A stretch of DNA of 64,000 bases from Patescibacteria group bacterium (GCA_043817315.1 JBDRGY010000016.1:69445-133444); one strand, 5' to 3'. Positions 38,639-48,700 are shown, numbered from the stretch's first letter. The notes: generated from the letters alone by a model not told the origin. Numbers and translations: made by a program.

Positions 38639-40894
38639 TTATTCAAACTTTTCTTCAGTCTTTTCTTCTGTTTCTTCTTCAGTCTCCTCTGCCTGGTTGT
38701 TATTCTCTTCTACTTCCTCGGCAGGGCTGGCTTTTTTTTCCCAAGCTTCTTCTAATATTTCACGCGGTTTGGCACCGTCAGCCGGACCAATAAAACCATG
38801 TTCTTCTAATATATCCAAAACTCTAGCGGCCCTTGCGTAGCCGATTCTCAAGCGGCGTTGCAGCAGAGAGGCCGAAGCCTTTCCAGCTCGCAAGATTACG
38901 TCTTTGGCTTCTTGTAGCAATTCCTCATCTTCTTCTAAATCAAAGTCTTCACTGGATTCGGCCGGGCCTTCTTTTTTGAGTACCTCTTCGTGAAAATCTG
39001 GCTTGGCGCGCTCTGAAATATATTCTACTACTTTTCTAATTTCTTCGTCCGCTAAAAATGCTCCTTGATACCTTCTTGGTTGCGAAATATCCGAAGAGCT
39101 GTAAAGCATGTCTCCACGACCCAGAAGTTTCTCTGCCCCGGAGTGGTCTAAGATAGTCCTGGAGTCAACTAATGAGGCTACGCTAAAAGCTATGCGGGCC
39201 GTAATATTGGCCTTAATCAACCCCGTTATTACATCTACTGACGGTCTCTGGGTGGCAACTATTAAATGAATACCAACTGCTCTGGCCATCTGAGCCAGTC
39301 TGGTTATGGCTGCCTCTACTTCATTGGCTGCTACACTCATCAAATCAGCTAATTCATCGATAACCAACACAATAAAAGGCATTTTCTCCTTGCTGGTGGC
39401 GTTGTAAGAATGGATGTTCCTTTTACCAGCATCTGATAATACTCGGAAACGATTGTCCATCTCTCTGACAATCCATTTTAAAGCATTAACGGTCTTGTCT
39501 GTTTCCGTGATAACCGGGGTCAATAAGTGGGGAAGTTTATTATAAACTGTAAATTCTACTCTCTTGGGATCAACCAGAATGAGTCTCAAGTCATTAGGAC
39601 TGTTTTGATAGAGAAGGCTGATAATAACGGCATTGATGCACACCGACTTTCCGGAACCTGTGGCGCCAGCAATCAAAAGGTGAGGCATGGAATCTAAATT
39701 GGCCATCCGGGACTTACCGGAAACATCTTTACCCAAAGGAATCATCAAACTTGATTTCCTCTTTTTAAAATCCTCTCCTACTAAAACCTCTCTCAGGCCG
39801 ACAATGGCTACTGTCTGGTTGGGGACTTCAATGCCCACTAACGATTTGCCGGGAATGGGCGCTTCTATCCTAAGCGGGTGGGCAGCCAAGGCCAGAGACA
39901 GGTCATTTTGCAAGGTGGTAATCTGCGACAATTTAATTCCCTGGGAGGGCCTTAGAGTATATTGAGTTACAGTCGGACCAACATTAACATCTCCCATCTC
40001 TACTGGTATACCAAAGTTTTCTAGGGTGCGTTTTATTTTTTCTAGATTGGCCCTGATATCACCGCTAGTCGGTTTGGAACCATTACTGTTTAACAAGTGA
40101 ATGGGCAAATCAATCTTGCCAATTTTGTGCTTGTCCCCCGGAAAAATCGCCATTTGTCCCTCGTCATTTTTTTCTTCGGCCACAATAATCGGGCCCTCTT
40201 TTTCCGCCCCATTCTCTGATCCTGCCATCTCTTTTTTCTGAAATTCTGGTTCTGATATACCTTCCCCCTCTTGGGGTAGTTCATCTTTTTTAAACCGGGT
40301 GCTATATCTGATACGGTTAATAAAATCACTAAGGCGGTTAAAAAAGTTTTTTAGAACTCCACCCTTGGCTAAACGGGCTAAGGTGGTATTAAACATGACT
40401 AACAGCGCAATGATCAAAAGTGCGATTAGGACAACCAAGGTGGCCCAACCGCCCATCATCTTCTGCAGAGGCCAAGCCAGAATTAAGCCGAAATAACCGC
40501 CCCCCTTACCCGAGGATATAGCTTCAAGACTCTCTTCGGGCCTATAGGTTAAATGCATCAAGCCAGAATAACTAAGCACCAGCAGGAACAATCCGATATA
40601 ATTTGATGTCCTAACTTGATATTTTTCCGGAAAAAGTAACAAATAGCCCAAAACAGCCAAAAGAATAGGTATAAACACTTTTCCCCAGCCGAAAAGATAA
40701 CGTAAACCGGTATCAATAAAATCCCCCACGCTGCCCGCCACATCCAAGAGACTCAGGAAAAAAATAAATGCCAAGGCGAAAAGGATTATTACGGCAATTC
40801 CTTTTTTGGTTTCAGCTTGTAAGAAAAATTTATCCTCCTTGGGGGAAGATTCATCTGATTTAGGGCGACGTTTTCTGGTGCCTTTTTGGGCCAT
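38639..40894 (-). CDS. ftsK: DNA translocase FtsK/SpoIIIE
   Basis: N-terminal 4-5 TM helices, motor domain with Walker A GATGSGKS, C-terminal gamma winged-helix (LLQRRLRIGYARAARVLD). Confidence 0.9.
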   Translation of the reverse strand: MAQKGTRKRRPKSDESSPKEDKFFLQAETKKGIAVIILFALAFIFFLSLLDVAGSVGDFIDTGLRYLFGWGKVFIPILLAVLGYLLLFPEKYQVRTSNYIGLFLLVLSYSGLMHLTYRPEESLEAISSGKGGGYFGLILAWPLQKMMGGWATLVVLIALLIIALLVMFNTTLARLAKGGVLKNFFNRLSDFINRIRYSTRFKKDELPQEGEGISEPEFQKKEMAGSENGAEKEGPIIVAEEKNDEGQMAIFPGDKHKIGKIDLPIHLLNSNGSKPTSGDIRANLEKIKRTLENFGIPVEMGDVNVGPTVTQYTLRPSQGIKLSQITTLQNDLSLALAAHPLRIEAPIPGKSLVGIEVPNQTVAIVGLREVLVGEDFKKRKSSLMIPLGKDVSGKSRMANLDSMPHLLIAGATGSGKSVCINAVIISLLYQNSPNDLRLILVDPKRVEFTVYNKLPHLLTPVITETDKTVNALKWIVREMDNRFRVLSDAGKRNIHSYNATSKEKMPFIVLVIDELADLMSVAANEVEAAITRLAQMARAVGIHLIVATQRPSVDVITGLIKANITARIAFSVASLVDSRTILDHSGAEKLLGRGDMLYSSSDISQPRRYQGAFLADEEIRKVVEYISERAKPDFHEEVLKKEGPAESSEDFDLEEDEELLQEAKDVILRAGKASASLLQRRLRIGYARAARVLDILEEHGFIGPADGAKPREILEEAWEKKASPAEEVEENNNQAEETEEETEEKTEEKFE

Positions 40895-40957
40895 AGTTCT
40901 AATATTAAGTTACTACATTTTAGCATTTTTGGTTGCTTTTAGCAAGGTGAAAACAGC

Positions 40958-40987
40958 CAAAAAAGACGGGTCTACCCCGTCTTTTTT
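40958..40987. terminator. Bidirectional terminator; left boundary of the GC-rich island
   Basis: AAAAAAGACGGG-ucuac-CCCGUCUUUUUU. Confidence 0.7.
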
Positions 40988-41003
40988 GGCTACTTACTGC
41001 TTT

Positions 41004-41216
41004 TTACCCGCCGGGCGGACCAACCGCTTGGTCAGGTTTGTCCTCGGTGCAGCAAGAATGAGGATGATCTGACCAGCAGGTTTTTATCTGTCCCCAGGTG
41101 GTACAAGTACCGTATCTAACTGGTCTAGCATCAGCCGCTTGAATTTGCAGGGCGACAACTGCGACTATGGCCACCAATAAGCAGGAGGCCATAATAACGA
41201 CATTTCTTTTGCTCAT
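41004..41216 (-). CDS. Small Sec-secreted 4-cysteine peptide, paralog 1 (mature about 39 aa)
   Basis: Signal peptide with A-D-A cleavage site, then RPVRYGTCTTWGQIKTCWSDHPHSCCTEDKPDQAVGPPGG. Strong RBS AGAGGGGGUGAG 5 nt upstream. Confidence 0.6.
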   Translation of the reverse strand: MSKRNVVIMASCLLVAIVAVVALQIQAADARPVRYGTCTTWGQIKTCWSDHPHSCCTEDKPDQAVGPPGG

Positions 41217-41268
41217 AATCTCACCCCCTCTCCTAAGAGGTTAATATTTAATAATTCACTTAATAAAT

Positions 41269-41469
41269 TTATTGAGGGTCGCCTACCTGGCTTTTAGGCT
41301 CTCCGCAGCAGGTGGCTGGGTTAGAGCCAAAACAGGATTTTATCTCCCCCCAGGTATCACAAGGCCCTTGTGTTTGTGCCCCTCCTCGGGCCTCGGCCAT
41401 CTTAACTCCAACCCCAGTGGCGATTAAAAGTAATGCCAGGCATACGCCCAGAATTATCATTTTTCTCAT
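41269..41469 (-). CDS. Small Sec-secreted 4-cysteine peptide, paralog 2
   Basis: Signal peptide (A-E-A site), then RGGAQTQGPCDTWGEIKSCFGSNPATCCGEPKSQVGDPQ. Same RBS AAAGGGGGUGAG. Confidence 0.6.
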   Translation of the reverse strand: MRKMIILGVCLALLLIATGVGVKMAEARGGAQTQGPCDTWGEIKSCFGSNPATCCGEPKSQVGDPQ

Positions 41470-41509
41470 AGACTCACCCCCTTTCTTTGAATCTTTTTAA
41501 TAACTATTT

Positions 41510-41719
41510 TCATTGTGGCTGCTCAATTTCGTCGACTATATGCTGGCAACACGGGTGATCGTTGCCTGGGTCTGCATCAAAACATTTCTTTAGTTCTGAC
41601 CAGGGGATATAACATCCATCAAGGTTATTTATCCTGGCTTCTGAAGTTTTTATTTTTACCCCCAAAATAACCATAGCAATTAGCAAAAAACAAGCGCTAA
41701 TAATAACTGTTTTTTTCAT
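41510..41719 (-). CDS. Small Sec-secreted 4-cysteine peptide, paralog 3
   Basis: Signal peptide (S-E-A site), then RINNLDGCYIPWSELKKCFDADPGNDHPCCQHIVDEIEQPQ. Same RBS AAAGGGGGUGAG. Confidence 0.6.
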   Translation of the reverse strand: MKKTVIISACFLLIAMVILGVKIKTSEARINNLDGCYIPWSELKKCFDADPGNDHPCCQHIVDEIEQPQ

Positions 41720-41831
41720 AAGCTCACCCCCTTTCGGTAGTCATTTAATGGTAAAACCTCCAATAAGGGCCGCTTGGCGATGAACGTATCACCACCAAGC
41801 GGGACCAATGAAGGTTCTACTCACAAGCTGG

Positions 41832-44753
41832 CTACTTGAGAAGCACCATCTTGCGCGAAGAACACTGTTGCCCTGTCTCCAGCCTATAGAAGTAAACGCC
41901 GGAGGCAACGGCTCTTCCATGGTTATCCCGACCTTGCCAGACCGCAGCCTGCTGACCAGCTTCCTGCTCTTCGTCAACAAGGTTGCAGACCAGTCGGCCC
42001 GCCACATCATAGACATAGAGCTGAACTGGGCCAGCTTGGCTAAGGCTGTAGGCGATGGTGGTAGTCGGATTGAAAGGATTGGGATGGTTGGGCAGCAACC
42101 GGAATGAGAACCCAGCTTCGGTGGCTTCCGCAACCCCGGTAGCGATGTCTTGCCAGCCAATCGGCAGAGTAGGATCACCCAGGATCGAGTACATCCGGAT
42201 CTGGTTATGAGTCTGAGGACACTCCTCGTAGGCCAGCTGCTTTGCTGCCAGCGTGGCCTCACCTAGTGTAGTTTCGTTCCCCATGTAGAGCTCACCCGCC
42301 AGATAACTGAAGATTTTGGAGTTGGTGTACTGATCTGAGATATCTGTAGGCCCCATCCAGGCCCTGGCTCCCTTGCCAGGTGCTGTCAGGAAGTCAGTAG
42401 CCATGTCCAGGCCCCAGCTGGATTCACCTCTGGTGAAATCAGCCATGCCGCAGCAGAAGCCGAAAACGATAGGACTGGTCCAGTTTTCTACCAAGTAAGT
42501 CATGTCGAAGTAGTTATTCCACTTGGTCAGAATAGACCCGTTGCTGATCCGGTTGGCCAAAGTGCTGAAGTAGAACTTGTAGTCGATTCCCGCATTCTGG
42601 ATAGCACAATCTGCATCCCGCCTGGCGGAATAGGAGAAAGGGTCATCCGAATAACGGTAAATCGTGGTACTGGCAGCCAGCTGCGGATCAAACTGACCAT
42701 AGATACTCATGGCCAGCGTCTCGGCATAGGCACCGCGGCAGCCTGACAGATTCCAGTTGCCAATCATCAGACCAGCCTGACAACGACCAGAGCGATCAAG
42801 ATGCCATTCTACAAACTTGTCGGCAACGATCCACAGCTCCTGGAGAGTATTGATTGGCACGCGGCCTACGGCTATGTTTTCTTGTCCATCACCGTCGGTA
42901 TCTCCGTACCAACCATCCCAGGCATAGAGATCATCGTCGCTGTAGTAACAACCGTCCCAGAGTACGTAGTAGCTTTGAATCAGATTCTGCCCTGGGAGCA
43001 GTCGATTGGCATCACCCCACAAAACAACGTGGGTAGGCAAGGGGTCCATAGCCAGAATGTAGTCTTTGATGTCCTGCGGCTGAGAAGTGGTCCCGAAATC
43101 TTCCAGGGCCACGAACTGAACCAGATGACCTTCTAGATACTCCAGGGTATAAACCCAGTAGTCCAAATGGTCAATCCAATCCGCCGGGCAGACACAGAGC
43201 ACATCCGGGTCAGTCAGCCCCCCATCCTTAGGTTCGCCATCTGGTTGCGGAGGTGTCTGATACTTGGGCTGGTAGACAACCGGCTCCACAAGTTCTGGTG
43301 GTTCCGGCCAGCTAGACAGTACCTCGGTGGAAAGATGCTCCAAGACATTCCCGCTTATCTCCATCTCAACAATCTGATAGAGAAAGTCGGGCTGTCCAAC
43401 AACATCACTCCAGTAATACTGGGCCCCTTGACCATCACTGCCCTGATGCCAGATCGGTTCACTGACTGTCTGCCAGGTAAATCCATCATCGAAAGAGCAT
43501 TTAACCTGGAAGTAGTCAGTGTCCTTTTCTGACTCAGTTTCCCAGTAGACGATTACCTGCCCACCTTCTTCTACGGCAGTCACTCCCAGCACTGATGCAG
43601 CTGGCGGTTCACCGTATTCGGAATAGTAGGCGGTTACGTAATCGTCATGGCTGGGGGGTCGGCAGTTTTTGCCGCTGTAAAACGGCGGTTGACCAAGGGG
43701 GTCAGTGTTGCCGTTAAGATAGCGGTCTTCACTATTTCTGCCTTTGACCTTGTCCCAGTTGACCCAACGAGGAAACTCACCGTAGGCGTGTACCCGGATG
43801 TCGTATTCCAGCTTGGTGTCGGAGTCTTTCAGCTCAATGTTTTCCAGCTCGGCATAGATTGAGGGCATACCAAGGATATCTTCTATGTTATCCTCTGCCT
43901 CAATCGGCGTGTCGAACTCGACATAGGCATCGTTGAAGCTGGATGACTGAAAGACGTAACCGGAATCCGGATAAACCGCACAAACAGCTGGAAACAACAC
44001 TGTATTGTCGTGGCCAACTATAGACCAGGCACCGTTGGTAGAAAACATGTGCTGATAGCCATGTTGAACCGTTCTTTTGGTCCGTCCTCGCTCGGCATTG
44101 AGATAGGTACAGAAGGTATCAATGCTAGCAAAGGCTTGAGTGTTAATCAGCTCTGGACAGTGACCAATGGCAGTGCCTGCTCCCCATTCATCCAGCCAGA
44201 GAGCACTAAAACAGTATTCGGCCAAGACAATAGACCGTTCATCCCCGGCAAAATCCCGACAGATATGAGGCCTAACTCCAATGCCATAATATCCTGTATA
44301 CCCGAAGTAGGCAGGATAAATGTCATCGGGGTAGCTGTATTGACCCCTTCTGACGTAGCGAATCAGGGCAGAGTCCCGGTCAGCCGAATGTCTGTAGGCT
44401 TCGATCATTAAACCATCAGGGCCATTGGCATCATTCTCGGTGCCGTGTGAAGAGATGGCCAGAATGGAAATCCCAGGCGTGCTGATCACGCTTCTGAAAT
44501 CAGCGATGGAGAACCGGGGAATGGTGTCAGGAGCCGGAGAGGTAACGTAGTACTTTTCCATGTCCAGATGGCTTTCTGTTTCCATCCGGTCAAAGGGAGC
44601 ACTATCGTCACCAAACTGAAACTCCCAAAGCAACAGATTAACCACTGTGCTGGTGTGCACTGTCCGATACTGATCAATGCGCTGCCAGGCTACATTGACC
44701 ACGGGTATCAGTAGCAGTCCTACCAACATGATTGTTGTGATTCTCTCTTTCAT
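41832..44753 (-). CDS. Large secreted protein with a T9SS-type C-terminal sorting domain (Por_Secre_tail-like) and a putative clan-CD (gingipain/C25-like) cysteine-peptidase region
   Basis: N-terminal signal peptide. The C-terminal 85 aa or so, FSFRLLPNHPNPFNPTTTIAYSLSQAGPVQLYVYDVAGRLVCNLVDEE...AVWQGRDNHGRAVASGVYFYRLETG...RKMVLLK, matches the type-A T9SS CTD pattern (NPFNP-x-T-x-I-x-Y-x-L, YD-x-x-GR-x-V, W-x-G-x-D-x-x-G-x-x-V-x-SG-V-Y-F-Y-R-L, K-[ML]-x-L-[LI]-K). An H-G dyad (ISSHGTEND) and a hydrophobic-strand Cys (IVLAEYCFS) suggest a caspase-fold protease. Real start is the ATG at 44753 (RBS AGGGGGG 8 nt upstream); the track ORF begins at an in-frame GTG. GC clearly higher than flanks. Confidence 0.6.
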   Translation of the reverse strand: MKERITTIMLVGLLLIPVVNVAWQRIDQYRTVHTSTVVNLLLWEFQFGDDSAPFDRMETESHLDMEKYYVTSPAPDTIPRFSIADFRSVISTPGISILAISSHGTENDANGPDGLMIEAYRHSADRDSALIRYVRRGQYSYPDDIYPAYFGYTGYYGIGVRPHICRDFAGDERSIVLAEYCFSALWLDEWGAGTAIGHCPELINTQAFASIDTFCTYLNAERGRTKRTVQHGYQHMFSTNGAWSIVGHDNTVLFPAVCAVYPDSGYVFQSSSFNDAYVEFDTPIEAEDNIEDILGMPSIYAELENIELKDSDTKLEYDIRVHAYGEFPRWVNWDKVKGRNSEDRYLNGNTDPLGQPPFYSGKNCRPPSHDDYVTAYYSEYGEPPAASVLGVTAVEEGGQVIVYWETESEKDTDYFQVKCSFDDGFTWQTVSEPIWHQGSDGQGAQYYWSDVVGQPDFLYQIVEMEISGNVLEHLSTEVLSSWPEPPELVEPVVYQPKYQTPPQPDGEPKDGGLTDPDVLCVCPADWIDHLDYWVYTLEYLEGHLVQFVALEDFGTTSQPQDIKDYILAMDPLPTHVVLWGDANRLLPGQNLIQSYYVLWDGCYYSDDDLYAWDGWYGDTDGDGQENIAVGRVPINTLQELWIVADKFVEWHLDRSGRCQAGLMIGNWNLSGCRGAYAETLAMSIYGQFDPQLAASTTIYRYSDDPFSYSARRDADCAIQNAGIDYKFYFSTLANRISNGSILTKWNNYFDMTYLVENWTSPIVFGFCCGMADFTRGESSWGLDMATDFLTAPGKGARAWMGPTDISDQYTNSKIFSYLAGELYMGNETTLGEATLAAKQLAYEECPQTHNQIRMYSILGDPTLPIGWQDIATGVAEATEAGFSFRLLPNHPNPFNPTTTIAYSLSQAGPVQLYVYDVAGRLVCNLVDEEQEAGQQAAVWQGRDNHGRAVASGVYFYRLETGQQCSSRKMVLLK

Positions 44754-44766
44754 GGCATCCACCCCC

Positions 44767-45387
44767 CTAATTCGAAGAGTTGGATGGCTGCTCAGTTGCC
44801 TTCTCGGTCACGATCAAGCCGTCCTGGTAGTACACTCTGCGACCTTGCTGCAACAAGCGAGCCAACAACGCCATGCGAGATTTGGCCATAGCTTCGTCTG
44901 TTCTAGTCGGACTAGTCCTGGCCTGGAACACCTTGAGCTTGGGAATAGGAAAGTCCCGTTCCTTAACCTGGATACTTCCATTGTCCAAGACCTTAACCCA
45001 CTCGTAGATGTCAGGGTGCTGGCCATACACTGCGTCAGCAACCTGCTGGGTAATTTCTTTCTTGTCACGACCAGGTTCTGCATCGACCAGCTGCTGGAAC
45101 AGGCTATAGGCCTGATCATCCAGCTGATCCTTGATGTTGACTGAATCGGGCTGTTGCATCTTGGTGTCGCCAAGGGTCGGGTAAATCCTGACTCCATTGA
45201 CGAAGGCCTCGCTCCCCACAACCTTAAGGAAGTAGGGGCCAAGCACTTCCTGCTCACCCTCTTCATCAACTACCACGAACTGACCCGTCTCTATCAAGAG
45301 ACTGTCAGGCAGCGCGGGCGTGTCGTTGGCTACTACAGTCACGGCCATCAGGGCCACGATCATCATTGCGAGACTAAGGTGTCTCAT
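44767..45387 (-). CDS. Secreted hypothetical protein (206 aa), first gene of the island operon
   Basis: Start trimmed to MRHLSLAMMIVALMAVTVVA (ATG at 45387, RBS AAAGGAG). Signal peptide. Its stop TAG overlaps the RBS of the 976-aa gene. Confidence 0.5.
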   Translation of the reverse strand: MRHLSLAMMIVALMAVTVVANDTPALPDSLLIETGQFVVVDEEGEQEVLGPYFLKVVGSEAFVNGVRIYPTLGDTKMQQPDSVNIKDQLDDQAYSLFQQLVDAEPGRDKKEITQQVADAVYGQHPDIYEWVKVLDNGSIQVKERDFPIPKLKVFQARTSPTRTDEAMAKSRMALLARLLQQGRRVYYQDGLIVTEKATEQPSNSSN

Positions 45388-45532
45388 GGTGGTCACGCTC
45401 CTTTCAGGATTACTCCAACTGCCAATTGACCAATCGATCTGTTGCGGCAAGAAAACACCTCCTCTCAACCACGTTAGACGTTTACTGCGCTTTCCTTTCT
45501 TAGAAAACCATGGATTTTCAAGGTACGTATCC

Positions 45533-45552
45533 AAAAAAAACCTCATATGAGG
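45533..45552 (-). terminator. Intrinsic terminator on the minus strand about 200 nt downstream of rpoC; right boundary of the island
   Basis: Minus strand reads GAAAG-CCUCAUAUGAGG-UUUUUUUU. Confidence 0.65.
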
Positions 45553-45752
45553 CTTTCAAGCTATAGTCCGTCTATAACAAGACGTGCCGGTTTCGCTACT
45601 AGCTCCCTGCAGTTCAAGCGACCAGATACAAACTACAGTTCTTAGCCTCACCTTTTGTTTCCGTCGGAATAGCACTTCTGTCAATAGAACTTATCCACAG
45701 GGGTAACAAAAAACCCGATTTCTTAGCACTTTTATCAGGTTTCTTGACTATT

Positions 45753-48700
45753 TTAGGTTGGTTTATAGCCTGTTCCAGCTGGTATTTGACGACCAATAAT
45801 AACATTTTCCTTAAGGCCTCTTAGCCTATCAACTTTGCCTGAAACAGCTGCGTCAATCAGCACCCTGGCTGTCTCCTGGAAAGAGGCGGCAGACAGAAAA
45901 CTCTCGGTTGATAACGAAGCCTTGGTTATGCCCAGCAATAAATTGTCAGCTACTGCTTCTTTCTTATTATCTTTCTGTGCCTTGGCATTGGCAATGACAA
46001 ACTGGGAGCGTTCAACAACTTCTCCAGACAATAATTCAGTTTCGCCGGCATCCCGAATGTAAAAGCGGGAAAACATTTTTCGTATTATTATCTCAATGTG
46101 TTTATCGTTTAACTTCTGTCCTTGGGAAGAATAGATGTATTGAATCTCTTTGATAACGTATTTTTCTACTGCCCCTCTGCCCCTGAGACGATATAAATTG
46201 TGTACATCGATACTGCCTTCGGTTAATTGATCACCGATGTTAACTAGATCACCCTCATTTACCCAGACAGTAAACCTGGTGGGCACCAAACATTCGTTTA
46301 TCTTTTCTTTTTCAATAATTATTTCCAATGAGTTATCTTTTATCTTGACCACACCGCCTGCCTTGGCCACTACTTTTTGATCTTTGGTCTCGTATAGCAA
46401 GTCGTCTTTTTTGACTTCTTGTTTATCTTTTACCCTGAGATTCTTTTTAGCACTCTCCTTTAGCGGATATTGATCTCTGTCAACTTGGGTGTGCCGGATC
46501 TTTATCAGTTTCTGTCTGGTTTTTCCATCTTTGGCTGTTGTTTCTTCGATCGATTCAACTTTGCCATCAACTTCCGAAAGCACGGCTGATTTTTTTACAG
46601 GACGCGCTTCAAATAATTCTTCCACTCGGGGCAAACCTTGGGTAATATCCAAACCTGCTACTCCGCCAGTATGAAAAGTTCTCATGGTCAATTGGGTCCC
46701 TGGTTCTCCAATACTCTGCGCCGCGATAATGCCTACGGCAGCTCCTAGCTCTACCAACTTGTTATAAGCCAAGTCATGCCCGTAGCATTGACGACAGATT
46801 CCTCTTTGAGCCTGACAAGTTAAAACATTGCGGGCTCTGACTTCTTGGGGATCTATTTTCGTTAATTCTTCAGCTATCTTTTCGGTAATCAACTGATTCT
46901 TGTCTACTATCGTTTTCTTGGTTTTGGGGTTAACTATTTTTTCCAGACAAACTCGGCCCACTACCCTCTTTACCAGATTTTCACCCATTTCCTCACTTTC
47001 TTTTTTAGTAAAGACCACCCCTTCTCTATCACCGCAATCATCCAAAGAAATTACCATGTCTTGGGCCACATCAACCAGCCTTCTGGTCAGATAGCCGGCG
47101 TTAGCAGTTCGTAGGGCGGTATCAGCCAATCCTTTTCGGGCTCCATGGGTAGAGATAAAATATTCTAAAACATCAAATCCTTCTTTGAAACTTCCTTTAA
47201 CGGGCAGCTCAATGGTTTCTCCGGCCGGGTTAGTCACCAATCCTTTCATTCCCATCATCTGGGTAATTTGCGGCCAAGAACCTCTGGAACCAGATTCTAC
47301 CATTTGATAAACAGAACCCGATGAATCAAGGGCATTCTTGCTAAGTTGGGTAATCTGGTCTTTGACGGCGGCCCAAACTTCTACTATTTTAATATGTCTC
47401 TCCTCTGCGGTCAGCAGGCCAGTCTCAAAATGACTGTTGATTTCATCAACTTTTTTGTCGCCTTCTTCGACCAGTTTTTTCTTTATTTCCAGGGGGGGTA
47501 AGTCATCCATGCCCCAACTGATACCTGATAGGGTAAGAAATTCCAAACTGACTCTCTTGATCTGGTCCAGAAATTCAGCTGTCTCGGCAGAACTCCATTC
47601 TTGTAAAGTGCGACTAATAATGTCTTTCAGAATCTTTTTATTCATCACCTCATTAATATAGCCAAAAAATGGCGGCAAAATTCTATTGATCAGGACCCTA
47701 CCGCAATTAGTTTCTACTAATTTACCGTTTATTCTAACTTTAATTTTTTGCTGGATAGTTATCTGGCCCAAACGATAAGCCATAATTACTTCGTCAAAAG
47801 AAACAAAGTGTTTAAGCTTATCCTGGTCTCCTTCTTGCAATATAGTCATATTATAACAACCTAAAACAATGTCCTGAGAAGGTGTGGTTACCGGTTCGCC
47901 GGTAGCTGGTTTCAGAAGGTTGTTGGATGATAGCATAATGGTGGCGGCTTCTTTCTTGGCTTCTTCGGTCAGGGGCAGATGCACAGCCATTTGGTCACCA
48001 TCGAAATCGGCATTAAATGGAGCACATATTAGTGGATGAATCTGGATGGCCTTGCCTTCAATCAAAACTGGCTGGAAAGCTTGGATTCCCAAACGATGAA
48101 GGGTGGGGGCCCTATTAAGCAGCACATGAGAGCCTTTGGTTATTTGTTCTAGAATATCCCATACTTCCGGCCGGCCCGATTCGATCAATCTGGTGGCCGA
48201 ACGAACATTGTGAACGAATTCATCTTTGATCAGTCTGCTTATTACAAATGGTTTAAAAAGTTCCAGGGCCATTGTCTTGGGAATGCCGCATTGTCCGATC
48301 TTCAAATAGGGGCCAATAACAATGACAGAACGACCGGAATAATCAACACGCTTACCCAGTAAGTTTTGGCGGAATCTACCTTGTTTGCCTTTTAACATGT
48401 CAGCTAGGGATTTAAGCTGTCTCTTCTGTCCTGTGGAAGCGGTAACTGTTTTACCGTGACGGGCTCCGTTATCAATAAGAGCATCCACTGCCTCCTGCAA
48501 CATTCTCTTTTCATTACGGGTAATAACCTCAGGAGCATTAAGCTCCTTGAGGCGTTTAAGACGATTGTTTCGATTAATAACTCTTCTATACAAATCGTTC
48601 AAATCCGAAGCAGCAAAACGTCCGCCGTCCAGCTGGACCATGGGGCGCAAATCGGGTGGAATAACAGGAACGGTTGTCAAAATCATCCACTCCGGCTTGA

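Noticed and set aside
41789-42262. ORFs 41789..42262 (-) and 41808..42107 (+) and others nested in the 976-aa gene
   Set aside because: Out-of-frame or antisense inside a long GC-rich CDS; no independent signals.
41832-44753. Using the T9SS CTD to conclude that the host is a Bacteroidota/FCB organism
   Set aside because: The four other large secreted proteins lack CTDs, and the gene's composition differs from its flanks. A horizontally acquired cargo gene is the more economical reading.
45614-45805. 63-aa ORF overlapping the 3' end of rpoC
   Set aside because: Overlaps the rpoC stop in another frame and has no RBS; treated as non-coding 3' region.
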